Below are positions 1 through 10,099 of a stretch of 32,000 nucleotides of DNA, in pieces. The translations under genes were made by a program, and so were the position numbers. The notes under the pieces are model-generated. The model did not search any database. It saw only the letters and a list, made by a program, of their open reading frames with translations, and was not told the DNA's origin. The DNA lies in assembly GCA_963662715.1 (NCBI GenBank), contig OY759724.1, positions 2,340,001-2,372,000 on the forward strand, read 5' to 3'. Each line of letters opens with the position of its first letter. Positions within the stretch are counted from its first letter, which is position 1. This stretch comes from Candidatus Omnitrophota bacterium. Lineage in GTDB: Bacteria > Omnitrophota > Gorgyraeia > Zapsychrales > JANLHA01.

Positions 1-1787
1 TTTTTGCTGTCTGGGCCCCTAATGCAAAATGTGTTTCTGTGGTCGGGGATTTTAATCAATGGGATCAGTCGGCCCATCCCTTATCCTCCCGCTGGGATAG
101 CTCAGGGATCTGGGAAGGTTTTATCCCCGGAATCGGGACAGGGAATATTTATAAATATTTTGTCATGTCCCAGGATGGGCAATATCAGATGGAAAAACAG
201 GACCCTTATGGCTATTTCTCCGAGATCCCCCCGAAGACAGCTTCTGTCGTTTGGGATATTGATTATCAGTGGAACGATCATGAATGGATGAAAACGCGCG
301 GTCAAAAAAATAACCTGAAGGCTCCGGTCTCTATTTACGAGGTTCATCTCGGCTCCTGGCGGAGAGTCGTCGAGGAGGATAGCCGTTTCCTGACGTATCG
401 TGAGCTGGCGAATTATCTCGTTGATTATGTTAAAAGATTAGGGTTTACTCATATTGAGCTTATGCCTGTTATGGAACATCCGTTTTACGGGTCATGGGGG
501 TATCAATCTCTGGGATATTTTTCCCCGACAAGCCGTTTCGGTTCCCCGCAGGATCTTATGTATATGATCGACTGTTTTCACCAGAACGGGATCGGGGTGA
601 TTCTTGATTGGGTTCCGTCCCATTTCCCTACGGATGGCCATGGCTTGGCGGATTTTGACGGAACGCACCTTTTTGAACACAATGACCCTCACAAGGGGTT
701 TCATCCTGACTGGAAAAGTTATATTTTCAACTCAGGCCGCAACGAAGTCAAAGAATTCCTTATCTCCTCGGCATTGTTCTGGCTGGATAAATATCATGTT
801 GACGGACTGCGTGTCGATGCCGTGGCCTCCATGCTCTACCTGGATTATTCCCGGAATGAGGGGGAGTGGGTCCCCAATATTTACGGTGGACGGGATAATA
901 TTGAAAATATCCATTTTATTAAGCAGATGAATGAAACGATATACAAGAATTATCCGGATGTCCAGATGATCGCCGAAGAATCGACGGCCTGGGCCGGGGT
1001 TTCCCGCCCGACGTATTCCGGGGGGTTAGGTTTTGGAATGAAATGGAATATGGGCTGGATGCACGACACTTTGGAATATTTTCGGAAAGACAGCGTTTAT
1101 CGTAAACACCACCACAATGAGTTAACATTCAGCATGCTTTATGCTTTTACGGAAAATTTTATTCTTTCTTTATCTCATGATGAAGTGGTTCATGGAAAAG
1201 GTTCTCTCCTGGGGCGAATGCCGGGAGATGACTGGCAGAAATTTGCTAATCTGAGATTGTTGTTTACCTATATGTATGGACACCCGGGTAAGAAACTGCT
1301 GTTTATGGGGGCGGAATTCGGCCAGTGGGATGAGTGGTATCATGAGAAAAGTCTGGATTGGCATCTTTTAAAATATGACTCGCACAAAGGCGTTCAGTTG
1401 TTAGTCAGAGATCTCAATTGCGTTTATCGTCATGAAGCGGCGTTGCATCGACATGATTGTGCCGGCGCCGGTTTTGAGTGGATCGATGGATCTGACTGGG
1501 CCAGCAGCCTTATCTTTTTCCTGCGGAAATGTCCTGAAACGAATGACAATATCTTAATTGCCTGTAATTTTACTCCCGTCCCGAGGCTGGACTGCCGGGT
1601 GGGCGTGCCCCGTCATGGATATTGGAAAGAACTCATCAATAGCGATGCCAAGGAGTATGGGGGAAGCGGACTAGGAAACAACGGAGGACTTTGGGCAGAA
1701 GAGGTGCCTCGCCATAACCAGCCGTTCTCCCTGAATCTTGACTTGCCGCCGCTATCTGTGTTGTATTTAAAGGTTGAAAATTTTTAG
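1..1787 (+). CDS. glgB: 1,4-alpha-glucan branching enzyme (GH13), 5'-truncated by the window edge
   Basis: The frame is open from nt 3 and reads [21 protein letters not shown], the typical GlgB N-domain motif, so the GTG at 39 is not the true start. GH13 catalytic-region motifs are present ([36 protein letters not shown]). The stop is at 1785-1787. Confidence 0.93.
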   Translation, partial: FAVWAPNAKCVSVVGDFNQWDQSAHPLSSRWDSSGIWEGFIPGIGTGNIYKYFVMSQDGQYQMEKQDPYGYFSEIPPKTASVVWDIDYQWNDHEWMKTRGQKNNLKAPVSIYEVHLGSWRRVVEEDSRFLTYRELANYLVDYVKRLGFTHIELMPVMEHPFYGSWGYQSLGYFSPTSRFGSPQDLMYMIDCFHQNGIGVILDWVPSHFPTDGHGLADFDGTHLFEHNDPHKGFHPDWKSYIFNSGRNEVKEFLISSALFWLDKYHVDGLRVDAVASMLYLDYSRNEGEWVPNIYGGRDNIENIHFIKQMNETIYKNYPDVQMIAEESTAWAGVSRPTYSGGLGFGMKWNMGWMHDTLEYFRKDSVYRKHHHNELTFSMLYAFTENFILSLSHDEVVHGKGSLLGRMPGDDWQKFANLRLLFTYMYGHPGKKLLFMGAEFGQWDEWYHEKSLDWHLLKYDSHKGVQLLVRDLNCVYRHEAALHRHDCAGAGFEWIDGSDWASSLIFFLRKCPETNDNILIACNFTPVPRLDCRVGVPRHGYWKELINSDAKEYGGSGLGNNGGLWAEEVPRHNQPFSLNLDLPPLSVLYLKVENF

Positions 1788-1843
1788 GCGCCGGAATTTC
1801 CCGGTGTTAATTCATTAAACATTTCTGGGGAAGGGAGGATCTT

Positions 1844-2134
1844 ATGAAAGAGAAAGTTATAGAAATCGCCGGCAAGGCATGGTGGGCTTTAGGAGAAATG
1901 GGCGAAACCAATGCCGGAGGTCTTGCCAGAAAGATTAAAGAGAAAGAAGATTTGGTTAACCTTGCGCTTGGCTGGTTAGCACGGGAGGATAAGGTCAGTT
2001 TCTCTGTGAAGCGAAACAAGGTCCTTTTTTCTCTTGTTGCACCCGAGTTGCAGGCTTTTAAGAATATCTATCAAAACACCCCAACGAACACATCAAAGAA
2101 TAACGGCAAAAGAAGACGCCTGAGACTGATCTAG
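1844..2134 (+). CDS. small winged helix-turn-helix protein (DUF2582-like)
   Basis: A GGGAGG RBS sits about 7 nt upstream of the ATG. The 96-aa product contains the GWLAREDKV motif that I recognise from DUF2582 wHTH proteins, plus a basic C-terminal tail. Confidence 0.6.
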   Translation: MKEKVIEIAGKAWWALGEMGETNAGGLARKIKEKEDLVNLALGWLAREDKVSFSVKRNKVLFSLVAPELQAFKNIYQNTPTNTSKNNGKRRRLRLI

Positions 2135-2174
2135 ATGTTTTCTGGTAAAAATAATTGCGCCTAAAATAATCCTG

Positions 2175-2204
2175 TGGGGGGAAATCTGTCCCCCATATTT
2201 TTTG
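2175..2204 (+). terminator. rho-independent terminator candidate
   Basis: A G-rich/C-rich stem (tgggggg ... ccccca) with an 8-nt loop is followed by tattttttg. It lies downstream of the stop at 2134. Confidence 0.6.
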
Positions 2205-2246
2205 ATTGGATATCCCAACCTTTGGCTCCCTTATTAAGGTATCATT

Positions 2247-4688
2247 ATGGGAACGGAAGATCTGAAAAATCATATCTGTATTCACGGACATTTTTATCAG
2301 CCTCCTCGTGAAAATCCTTGGTTAGAAGCCATAGAATTGCAGGATTCCGCATACCCCTATCGGAACTGGAATGAACGCATCACTTTCGAATGTTATGCTC
2401 CCAACACGGCATCCCGTATCGTTGATGACCGAAATTTTATAACGGAAATCATTAATAATTTTACCAAAATCAGCTTTAATTTCGGGCCGACGCTTTTATC
2501 CTGGATGCAGGCCTATCAACCTTACATCTATCATGCGATACTGGAGGCTGACCGTTTAAGCCAGGAAAAATTTTCCGGCCATGGAGCCGCGATCGCGCAG
2601 TGTTACAGCCATATGATCATGCCTCTAGCGAATGACCGGGATAAACGGACACAAGTCTTGTGGGGGATCAAAGATTTTGAATCACGCTTTAATCGAAGAC
2701 CCGAAGGCATGTGGTTGCCCGAAACGGCCGTCGATACGGCGACGTTGGAAGTCTTGGCGGAATTCGGGATGAAATTCACCATCCTCGCTCCTCAACAGAT
2801 GAAGAGTGTTAGAAGAATCGGGGAGAAAACCTGGAAAAGAGTCGATCCCGATCATCCTGATATTTTCCGTCCGTATCTTTGTCCCTTGCCGTCCGGAAAA
2901 ACAATCAGCATTTTCTTTTACGAAGGGAATGTCGCCCATGATGTTGCTTTCGGCGGTCTTTTAAATAATGGGGAAAATTTTGCCAAGCGGTTGATGAAGG
3001 CCTTCCCGGAAGCGCCATCCGGTTCCTTTTTAATGCATATAGCCACAGACGGAGAGACATACGGGCACCATCATCAGTTCGGCAATATGGCTCTTTCGTA
3101 TTGTCTGCGCACCATAGAAACGATGCCTGCCGTCCGCATGACTGTTTACGGGGAGTATCTGGAGAAACACCCCCCGGAATATGAAGTTGAAATCGTCGAG
3201 AATTCTTCCTGGAGCTGTGCTCACGGTGTCGAGCGTTGGCGCGCGGATTGCGGCTGCTGTATAGGAGACCGGGCGAACTGGCAGCAGAAATGGAGAGTAT
3301 CTTTAAGAAAGGCCATGAATCATTTAAGGGATCAGCTGGCAGTTGTTTTTGAGGAGGAAATGTCGCAGTATGTCAAAGAGGCCTGGCAGGTGAGGGATGC
3401 GTATATTCAGGTCATTTTGAACCGTTCTTCCGAAACGGTCGAAGCGTTTTTGAAACGCCACGTGTATGTCGACCTGCATCCTCACGACAGGGTCAAAATC
3501 CTGAAATTGCTCGAAATGCAAAAATACGCCATGTACATGTTTACCAGTTGCGGATGGTTTTTCGATGACATTGCCGGGCTTGAGGCGTCTCAAATCATTC
3601 AATATGCGGGTCGGGCGATCCAGTTGGTCGGGGAGATCACTCAGAAAGATTTTGAGTCGGCGTTCCTTTCGCTGCTTGAGAAAGCTCCGGGCAATACTGC
3701 GGAGTATAAGACAGGCGCGGAGGTTTATCATAAAAACGTTAAGCCGATGATGATTAAACTTATTGATGTGGGGGCCCATTATGCCATCTCTTCTTTGTTT
3801 GAAAAATACCCTGATCCCGCCTCGATTTATGCTTATACGGTCAAGAATAAATCCTATCATCAATATGAAACAGGAAAGCAGCGTTTGGTGATAGGCCAAA
3901 CCACGGTTCGTTCGGATATTACCTGGGAAGAAGCCGAGGTTGACTTCGTGGCCCTTCATTTGGGTGATTACAATCTTTACTGCGGGGTGAATCCCCTGTC
4001 GAAAACACAGGACTTTGATCAGTTTCACGATAAAATCCGCCAGATATTTTTGCAGAACAATATCCCGGCTGTTATTCAGACCATGAACGAAGTCTTTGGC
4101 TCCCACAATTATTCTTTATGGGATCTTTTTAAAAATGAACAGGGAAAAGTTTTGAGTGAAGTGTTTAACGCAACGCTCAGTTCTATAGAATCCCACTTCC
4201 GGGAAATCTATGAGCATTATTATCCCTTGATGCAGATTAAGCCGGAATTCCGCATCCCGTTGCCCAAAGCATTATCGATGACTGTAGAATTTGTCCTTTC
4301 CAGGGAGATGGTCGATACTCTGGAAGAGGATGAACTCGATTTGGAGCGGCTGCAGAGAGTGACGGCAGAGATTAAACGCTGGTCGTTTATGCGGGATATG
4401 GAATCCGTCAGCTTGACGGCAAGTACGAAAATCGGCGCTTTGCTGGAGGACATCTCTAACGAACCGCAGAATAACAAACATTTGAAATTGTGTGTTGAAG
4501 TTTTGAAAGCTCTGCTTCCTCTTTCGCTGCCGTTGGAATTATGGAAAGCCCAGAATATTTATTTTGTTATGAATAAAGAAATTTATCAGACAATGCGCCA
4601 GCGGGCTCAGCAAAAGGACGAACATTCTGTGGAATGGGTCAATTTGTTTGAGCAGTTAGGCCAATATTTAAAGGTCAGGAATACTTAA
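2247..4688 (+). CDS. glycoside hydrolase family 57 protein with DUF3536-type C-terminal region (alpha-glucan processing)
   Basis: The N-terminus ICIHGHFYQPPRENPWLEAIELQDSAYPY is highly characteristic of GH57/DUF3536 proteins. The 813-aa ORF sits between glgB and malQ. Confidence 0.85.
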   Translation: MGTEDLKNHICIHGHFYQPPRENPWLEAIELQDSAYPYRNWNERITFECYAPNTASRIVDDRNFITEIINNFTKISFNFGPTLLSWMQAYQPYIYHAILEADRLSQEKFSGHGAAIAQCYSHMIMPLANDRDKRTQVLWGIKDFESRFNRRPEGMWLPETAVDTATLEVLAEFGMKFTILAPQQMKSVRRIGEKTWKRVDPDHPDIFRPYLCPLPSGKTISIFFYEGNVAHDVAFGGLLNNGENFAKRLMKAFPEAPSGSFLMHIATDGETYGHHHQFGNMALSYCLRTIETMPAVRMTVYGEYLEKHPPEYEVEIVENSSWSCAHGVERWRADCGCCIGDRANWQQKWRVSLRKAMNHLRDQLAVVFEEEMSQYVKEAWQVRDAYIQVILNRSSETVEAFLKRHVYVDLHPHDRVKILKLLEMQKYAMYMFTSCGWFFDDIAGLEASQIIQYAGRAIQLVGEITQKDFESAFLSLLEKAPGNTAEYKTGAEVYHKNVKPMMIKLIDVGAHYAISSLFEKYPDPASIYAYTVKNKSYHQYETGKQRLVIGQTTVRSDITWEEAEVDFVALHLGDYNLYCGVNPLSKTQDFDQFHDKIRQIFLQNNIPAVIQTMNEVFGSHNYSLWDLFKNEQGKVLSEVFNATLSSIESHFREIYEHYYPLMQIKPEFRIPLPKALSMTVEFVLSREMVDTLEEDELDLERLQRVTAEIKRWSFMRDMESVSLTASTKIGALLEDISNEPQNNKHLKLCVEVLKALLPLSLPLELWKAQNIYFVMNKEIYQTMRQRAQQKDEHSVEWVNLFEQLGQYLKVRNT

Positions 4689-4693
4689 GAAAC

Positions 4694-6235
4694 TTGAGTG
4701 GTATGGTTAAAAATAAAGCAAAAAAATTCAGACGCGGCAGCGGAACCCTGCTTCACATCTCCTCTTTGCCTTCGTCTTACGGTATTGGTGATTTTGGCCC
4801 CGGGGCCTGCCGTTTTGTTGATTTTCTTGCGACAGCAGGGCAGACCTATTGGCAAATCTTGCCTCTGAGCCCTACGATGTCGGTCTATGGAAACTCTCCT
4901 TACAGCAGTGATTCGGCTTTTGCCATCAATCCTTTGTTCGTGAGCCCGGATCTCTTCGTGCAGGAAGGATGGTTGACCGAGGATGACCTGTCCCCTGTGC
5001 CTGCCTGGCCAGACAACCGCGTTCATTATGAAGCCGTTGAACAGTATAAGAGCGCGGTTTTGCATAAGGTCTTTGCGCGGTTCAAGGAAACCGGTCTTGA
5101 ACAGGCAGCTTATCGGTCTTTCTGCTGCGAGAATGCGGCATGGCTTGACCCTTATGCCGAGTTTGAAGTTCTGAAAGAGCATTTCGCGGGGCAGGTCTGG
5201 AGCCAATGGCCTGAGGAACTGCGGACCAGGCAGCCGGAGGCCTTAAACGATGTGCGTGCGGAGTTTCAGGATGAGTTGGAAAGAATAAAATTGTGGCAGT
5301 TTCTGGCCTGGAAACAATGGTCTTCTTTAAAAAATTATTGTCTGAAGAAGGGGGTCAGCTTGATCGGGGATATCCCGATTTATGTGAATTATGACAGTTC
5401 GGATGTCTGGTCTAATCCCCATATCTTTCAGCTGGATGCCAACGCCGTTCCCGTTTATGTGGCCGGCGTTCCTCCGGACTATTTCAGCAAGACAGGGCAA
5501 CGCTGGGGCAATCCTGTCTATAACTGGGACGCTTTGCAGCAGGACCGCTTCCGGTGGTGGGTGGAGCGGGTCCGGCATATGTTGAAATTTTTTGATGTGA
5601 TACGTATTGACCATTTTCGTGGTTTGGTTGCCTTTTGGCGCATTCCCGCCCAAGAAAAGACGGCCATAAACGGGGAGTGGGTCCCTGTGCCGACGGATGC
5701 TTTTTTTGAAACCCTTGCGCGGGAATTCCCCGGGATTTCTATCATCGCGGAAGATTTGGGTATTATTACCGATGATGTCAAAGAAAAGATGCAGGCATTG
5801 GGGTTCCCCGGCATGAAGGTCCTGATTTTTGCCTTTGGGGAAGACATCGAGATTCATCCCTATATCCCTGAGAATTATTCTGATCGTTGTGTCGCTTATA
5901 CGGGGACGCATGATAATAATACGGTCCAGGGCTGGTATTTGGAGGATGCCGGCCGGAAAGAGAAGGAAAACCTGAAAAAATATTTCTCGGAAATAGACGA
6001 AAAACAGTTGCACTGGCAGATGATCGGGGCTGTTATGCGGTCCAAAGCGGATTTGGCGATTTTCCCTCTTCAGGATTTTCTTGGACTTGGCCCGGAGGGG
6101 CGTATGAACGTCCCCGGGACATCCTCGGGTAACTGGACATGGCGCGTGTCTCCGGAATATCTCACCCCTGAGCTTGCTGACCTCATATTTCAGTATGTCC
6201 AATCGTCTCACCGAACTCCCGTTCCGTTACGGTAG
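4694..6235 (+). CDS. malQ: 4-alpha-glucanotransferase (amylomaltase, GH77)
   Basis: The N-terminal GSGTLLHISSLPSSYGIGDFG motif is present, along with IRIDHFRG, IAEDLG and GTHDN motifs typical of GH77. The product is 513 aa. Confidence 0.92.
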   Translation: MSGMVKNKAKKFRRGSGTLLHISSLPSSYGIGDFGPGACRFVDFLATAGQTYWQILPLSPTMSVYGNSPYSSDSAFAINPLFVSPDLFVQEGWLTEDDLSPVPAWPDNRVHYEAVEQYKSAVLHKVFARFKETGLEQAAYRSFCCENAAWLDPYAEFEVLKEHFAGQVWSQWPEELRTRQPEALNDVRAEFQDELERIKLWQFLAWKQWSSLKNYCLKKGVSLIGDIPIYVNYDSSDVWSNPHIFQLDANAVPVYVAGVPPDYFSKTGQRWGNPVYNWDALQQDRFRWWVERVRHMLKFFDVIRIDHFRGLVAFWRIPAQEKTAINGEWVPVPTDAFFETLAREFPGISIIAEDLGIITDDVKEKMQALGFPGMKVLIFAFGEDIEIHPYIPENYSDRCVAYTGTHDNNTVQGWYLEDAGRKEKENLKKYFSEIDEKQLHWQMIGAVMRSKADLAIFPLQDFLGLGPEGRMNVPGTSSGNWTWRVSPEYLTPELADLIFQYVQSSHRTPVPLR

Positions 6236-6312
6236 TTGTCATTTGTTCTGCTGTCAAAAACTCCGGGTAAAGCTTGTGGGAACAAGTTTGCTATGTTAGA
6301 ATTTTTTTAATC

Positions 6313-6870
6313 ATGATAAAATGTCTTTCCGTCAGCCTGATGTGCTTTTGTCTGTGTTTGAATGGTTGCAGCTTTTTTTCTGCCTCTCGACGAAAAGATA
6401 TCCATGAGGCCGGGACCCCTGCCCCGCATTTTGTTATGATTCAAGAGGGGAGGCTGCAGCAGGGAGGCTTGTTGTTCGTTAAGCCTTTTATTCCGGGGGA
6501 AGAAGTCGTCTCCAGCGATGAATTTGACCGCATAGCTATGTTTATTGCCCAAGGATTCTTGACGGAACTGAAGCAATCCCGGACCCCCTTTACCCTAGTG
6601 GACCCTGCTCAGGCCTCGCAATCAGAGCTTCTTGTCGAGGGACGTGTTGTCGAACAAGGCTGCCGGAGAGTCTTCCAGAAATGGTTCCGGAGACAGGATG
6701 TCAAAATTTTAAAAGTTGAAGGAACGATATCCGACCGCAGCCATAACAGTGTCGTTTTGTATTTTTCTCATGAGCTTAAGACAAAATCCCCTCAGGAGGA
6801 TTTTTATGAGCTTGCCAGACATATCGGCCATGACATCGGCCGTTATGTCGTGTCTTTGGCCGAAAAATAA
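6313..6870 (+). CDS. hypothetical lipoprotein
   Basis: The ATG at 6313 gives MIKCLSVSLMCFCLCLNGCSFF, a signal peptide with an L-N-G-C lipobox. The ORF track starts at a TTG at 6274, which seems less likely. I recognise no family. Confidence 0.6.
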   Translation: MIKCLSVSLMCFCLCLNGCSFFSASRRKDIHEAGTPAPHFVMIQEGRLQQGGLLFVKPFIPGEEVVSSDEFDRIAMFIAQGFLTELKQSRTPFTLVDPAQASQSELLVEGRVVEQGCRRVFQKWFRRQDVKILKVEGTISDRSHNSVVLYFSHELKTKSPQEDFYELARHIGHDIGRYVVSLAEK

Positions 6871-6918
6871 ATGTTCCCGGAAGGGCGCGGAGATGCCTGA
6901 TTATTAAAGGAGTTGTGA

Positions 6919-7887
6919 ATGATTGTCGTAACCGGTGGCGCCGGTTTTATAGGCAGTTGCATTGTGTCGCAGCTGAATGCCTTAGGGCGGGAAGATCTGC
7001 TGATCGTCGATCACCTCGAGACCGGCTCAGAGAAAGCCAGGAACCTGGAGAATAAACTTTATGCGGATTATTTTGATAAAAGCGATTTCCTGGAATGCAT
7101 CCTGAACGATCAGCTGCAAGAGGATGTCGAATGTGTTATTCACATGGGAGCCTGCAGCTCAACAACACTGACGGATGAGGAGTATTATCGTAAGAATAAT
7201 TACGAATATTCCTGCCACCTGGCCCAATGGACACTGGCGCAAAACGCAAGATTTATTTACGCAAGCTCGGCTGCGACCTATGGAGACGGGGAAAAAGGCT
7301 ACAGTGACCTGGATGACATGACGCGGCGATTGAAACCCTTGAATTATTACGGGGAATCCAAGCATCATTTTGACTTGTGGGTGCTGGATCACGGGTTAGA
7401 AAAGAAATGTGTCGGGTTGAAATTCTTCAATGTTTTTGGCCCGAACGAGGCCCATAAGGGGGACATGCGCAGTGTTATCTCCAAAGCTTACCAGCGTGTC
7501 GTCCAGGAGGGGAAGATCAGCCTGTTTAAGTCTTATAGGGCGGAATACGCCGACGGGGAGCAAAAGAGAGATTTCATTTATGTCAAGGATGTCGTTGATG
7601 TTGTTTTGTTTTTTTTCGGCCATCCTGATATTAACGGTATTTACAATGTCGGGACGGGGCAGGCAAGGAGCTGGAATGATCTGGCCCGGGCTCTTTTTGA
7701 AGCGGTGGGGAGGGACCCTGTTATTGAATTTATGGAAATGCCCGAACATCTTCGGCCCCGGTATCAGTATTTTACGCAAGCAGATGTCGCGAAGCTGCGG
7801 CAGAGCGGGTATGTAAAACCTTTTACGGCTTTGGAAGATGCCGTTAAGGATTATGCCCAGTATCTCGCTTCAGGGCGTATCCTGTAA
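6919..7887 (+). CDS. hldD: ADP-L-glycero-D-manno-heptose 6-epimerase
   Basis: The product aligns end to end by eye with E. coli HldD/RfaD. Shared segments include MIVVTGGAGFIGS, ACSSTT, YASSAATYG, NYYGESK, FFNVFGPNE.HKG.M.SV, KRDFIYVKDV and YQYFTQAD. Confidence 0.92.
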   Translation: MIVVTGGAGFIGSCIVSQLNALGREDLLIVDHLETGSEKARNLENKLYADYFDKSDFLECILNDQLQEDVECVIHMGACSSTTLTDEEYYRKNNYEYSCHLAQWTLAQNARFIYASSAATYGDGEKGYSDLDDMTRRLKPLNYYGESKHHFDLWVLDHGLEKKCVGLKFFNVFGPNEAHKGDMRSVISKAYQRVVQEGKISLFKSYRAEYADGEQKRDFIYVKDVVDVVLFFFGHPDINGIYNVGTGQARSWNDLARALFEAVGRDPVIEFMEMPEHLRPRYQYFTQADVAKLRQSGYVKPFTALEDAVKDYAQYLASGRIL

Positions 7888-7903
7888 ACTCTTCAGGGAA
7901 ATT

Positions 7904-9073
7904 ATGGATATGATATTGTTCATCCTCATCGGAGTCATCGTGAGCCTTTTTCTTCTTGGCTTGGTCCTTGTCTGGAAGGGGACCCAAGAAGCGCCGGATC
8001 CAAAGGATATCGTGCCCAGGGAGGAATTCAGTTCCGTTCAAAAAGAATTAGATGCGGCGAAATCAGAAGAGGTCCATTTGAAACAGCAGCTGGATGCCCT
8101 TGCCGTTGATCTGCATCAGGCCCAGGAGAAGGTTCAAGAGTCCCAGGAACTTGAAGGAATGCTGAATTCTCTGCAGCAGCATGAGGAAGAAAATCAGGAA
8201 ACAATTTACCGGCTGGAAAAAAACTTTAATTTCTTAAGACAGAAAGCAGATCAACAGGCCAGAGCGGCTAAGGAGATCATTGAACTTATCCAGTCAGAAA
8301 AGGAAGCGTTGCGTCATGAAATGGATGATGTCCGCTCCAAGGTGGATGAAGAGGAGTTCTTGTCTGTTAAACGGGAAAATCAGCAGTTGCATTCGGACGT
8401 TAATAAATTTTTGGATGAGGTGAAGGATTTTGAACGCAGATTGCATGATATGCAGGATGAATATGAAACCCGGATTTCTCACAGTGACGGGGAGTTGCTG
8501 CGCCATCAGCAGCAAACCGACCGGTTAAAAACAGGTTTGCTGCTGATCATTCAAAAGGTCCGGGACGCCCAACAGCAAATGCTCACGACCCGGCAAGCTT
8601 ATGACCTGAAATATCAGCAAGTCCTGCGTGAGAAAGAAAGCCTGGACACTCAGGCCCGGGAAAAGATGCTGCATCTGCAGGAACAGAGTGACGTTTATCA
8701 GAAACAGATTCATGAAAATAATGAGACGATTCTGGCCTTGGAAAGAAGTCTGCTGGCAAGTCAGGAAAAGATTGACCAGTCGCACACCCTTATCAGCCAG
8801 TTGCAGGTCCAGCTAAAGACAGAGCAGGATATGGTGACGGCAGCGCTGCCGAAAGACCTGGAGGAAGACAGGAGGCTCCGGGACGAAAGAGAGAAGTTGT
8901 TGAATGAGAAAGCCGATTTGGAGAGGAAGCTGCGGGAGATGCGGGAGCTGAACGAGTTTTTGCAGAAAAAAGAAAAAATTCTTCAGCGGGAACTCACCAA
9001 AAGCCGGACAGAAGCTTTGGGGTTCCGCAGGATGTGCGATAGTTATAAGACGAAGATTGAAAATAATCATTAA
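7904..9073 (+). CDS. membrane-anchored coiled-coil protein (N-terminal TM helix, long Q/E/K/L-rich helical region)
   Basis: The ATG at 7904 gives MDMILFILIGVIVSLFLLGLVLVW, followed by about 360 aa of heptad-like Q/E/L/K-rich sequence. The upstream start at 7838 would overlap the hldD 3' end by 50 nt. I recognise no family. Confidence 0.65.
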   Translation: MDMILFILIGVIVSLFLLGLVLVWKGTQEAPDPKDIVPREEFSSVQKELDAAKSEEVHLKQQLDALAVDLHQAQEKVQESQELEGMLNSLQQHEEENQETIYRLEKNFNFLRQKADQQARAAKEIIELIQSEKEALRHEMDDVRSKVDEEEFLSVKRENQQLHSDVNKFLDEVKDFERRLHDMQDEYETRISHSDGELLRHQQQTDRLKTGLLLIIQKVRDAQQQMLTTRQAYDLKYQQVLREKESLDTQAREKMLHLQEQSDVYQKQIHENNETILALERSLLASQEKIDQSHTLISQLQVQLKTEQDMVTAALPKDLEEDRRLRDEREKLLNEKADLERKLREMRELNEFLQKKEKILQRELTKSRTEALGFRRMCDSYKTKIENNH

Positions 9074-9111
9074 ATTCTCTTGAACAGAAATCCTTAGAAA
9101 AAGGGGGCAAT

Positions 9112-9531
9112 ATGATTTTGGCAGAAGATATTATGTCGGAGAATGTGGCTGTGATTTATGAAGATATGCTGGTGAGCCAAGTGGCGCATTTGATGCTGCG
9201 TGACCGCGTGAGCGGTTTTCCGGTTGTGAATAAAGGGATAGGAATGGTCGGGATCATTACCATGACGGATTTGTTTTCTGTGGTCAGCCGGGCCAGTTCA
9301 GCCAATGAAAAAGACTCTTTTCAGCAGAATATTGATCATTTTAAGAATCTAAAAGTTGCGGAAATTATGACCCGCAATGTTATCTCGATTCAGCCTTCGA
9401 CGACTCTCAATGATATTGTCTCCCTGGTCGTTGAGCACGGAATCCATTTTTTTCCGGTCATAGAAGATGACCGGATGGTCGGGATTGTCAGCCGTCACGA
9501 TATTCTCAATGCGATTTTTTCTTATGATTAA
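9112..9531 (+). CDS. CBS domain pair protein
   Basis: Two CBS-like repeats are visible (DIMSENVAVI...GFPVVN...VGIITMTDL and EIMTRNVISI...FFPVIED.RMVGIVSRHDIL). A GGGGG RBS lies upstream. Confidence 0.85.
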   Translation: MILAEDIMSENVAVIYEDMLVSQVAHLMLRDRVSGFPVVNKGIGMVGIITMTDLFSVVSRASSANEKDSFQQNIDHFKNLKVAEIMTRNVISIQPSTTLNDIVSLVVEHGIHFFPVIEDDRMVGIVSRHDILNAIFSYD

Positions 9532-9572
9532 AGTCTCCGGAGCGAGGGCCAAAACGTTTTCTTTGGTGCCAC

Positions 9573-10001
9573 ATGCCGTCAGTTCCTCCATATAAAGATA
9601 TCAATAGTGTCCGCTTAGCCCAGGAAGCTGTTTTGGGGGCTCTGCAGAATATCCAGGCTCATGTCAGGGACGCCTTTGAAGCGAGAAAATATTTAGCCGG
9701 GCTGAATGACACGTTGCAAGCCCATTGGGAAAAGCAGGGGGAAGCCTTTTATGCCCAGTTGTCGGCCGATTATGCGGGGGATACCCAGGCGTGCAAAATG
9801 CTGGAATTTCTTCTTTGTGATCTCAAGGATTTGAAAATATCCTATCTGAACTTTATGGACCGTTACGACGGCCTGTGGCAAAAGCCGCAGGCCCGCCGTT
9901 TTCCTGTCGAGTTTAATGACCTGGCCCGGCAGATTATTACGCGTGTTAAAATTGAAGAAGAATACCTTCTTCCTCTTATAGAAAAAAAATCTTGCCGTTA
10001 A
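9573..10001 (+). CDS. hypothetical protein (predicted helical)
   Basis: The 142-aa ORF is in the same orientation as its neighbours. I recognise no family. Coding is inferred from length and context only. Confidence 0.45.
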   Translation: MPSVPPYKDINSVRLAQEAVLGALQNIQAHVRDAFEARKYLAGLNDTLQAHWEKQGEAFYAQLSADYAGDTQACKMLEFLLCDLKDLKISYLNFMDRYDGLWQKPQARRFPVEFNDLARQIITRVKIEEEYLLPLIEKKSCR

Positions 10002-10099
10002 CGTCAGGGCGGGAGGATTCCTTGCGCAGTCCCCGGAACGACGGGCTTCTTAATTTATACAGATTGCATCTCAAAAAGGTTTTGCTATAATATTTACCT

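Noticed and set aside
3324-4106. 260-aa minus-strand ORF
   Set aside because: It is antisense to the strongly supported GH57/DUF3536 gene, and I recognise no family in it.
5327-6211. 294-aa minus-strand ORF, together with the similar ORFs at 4685-5206, 5518-5847, 12812-13357, 14698-15135, 17969-18490 and 24100-24639
   Set aside because: All of them are antisense to + strand genes with clear family motifs (malQ, ligase/phosphorylase, eIF2B-like, rSAM, cyclase). They are Arg/Pro/Gly-rich and lack motifs.
7838-7903. Upstream ATG start for the coiled-coil protein, as given in the ORF track
   Set aside because: It would overlap hldD by 50 nt and add a non-hydrophobic leader before the TM helix. 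The ATG at 7904 begins directly with the TM segment. The 5' end remains uncertain.
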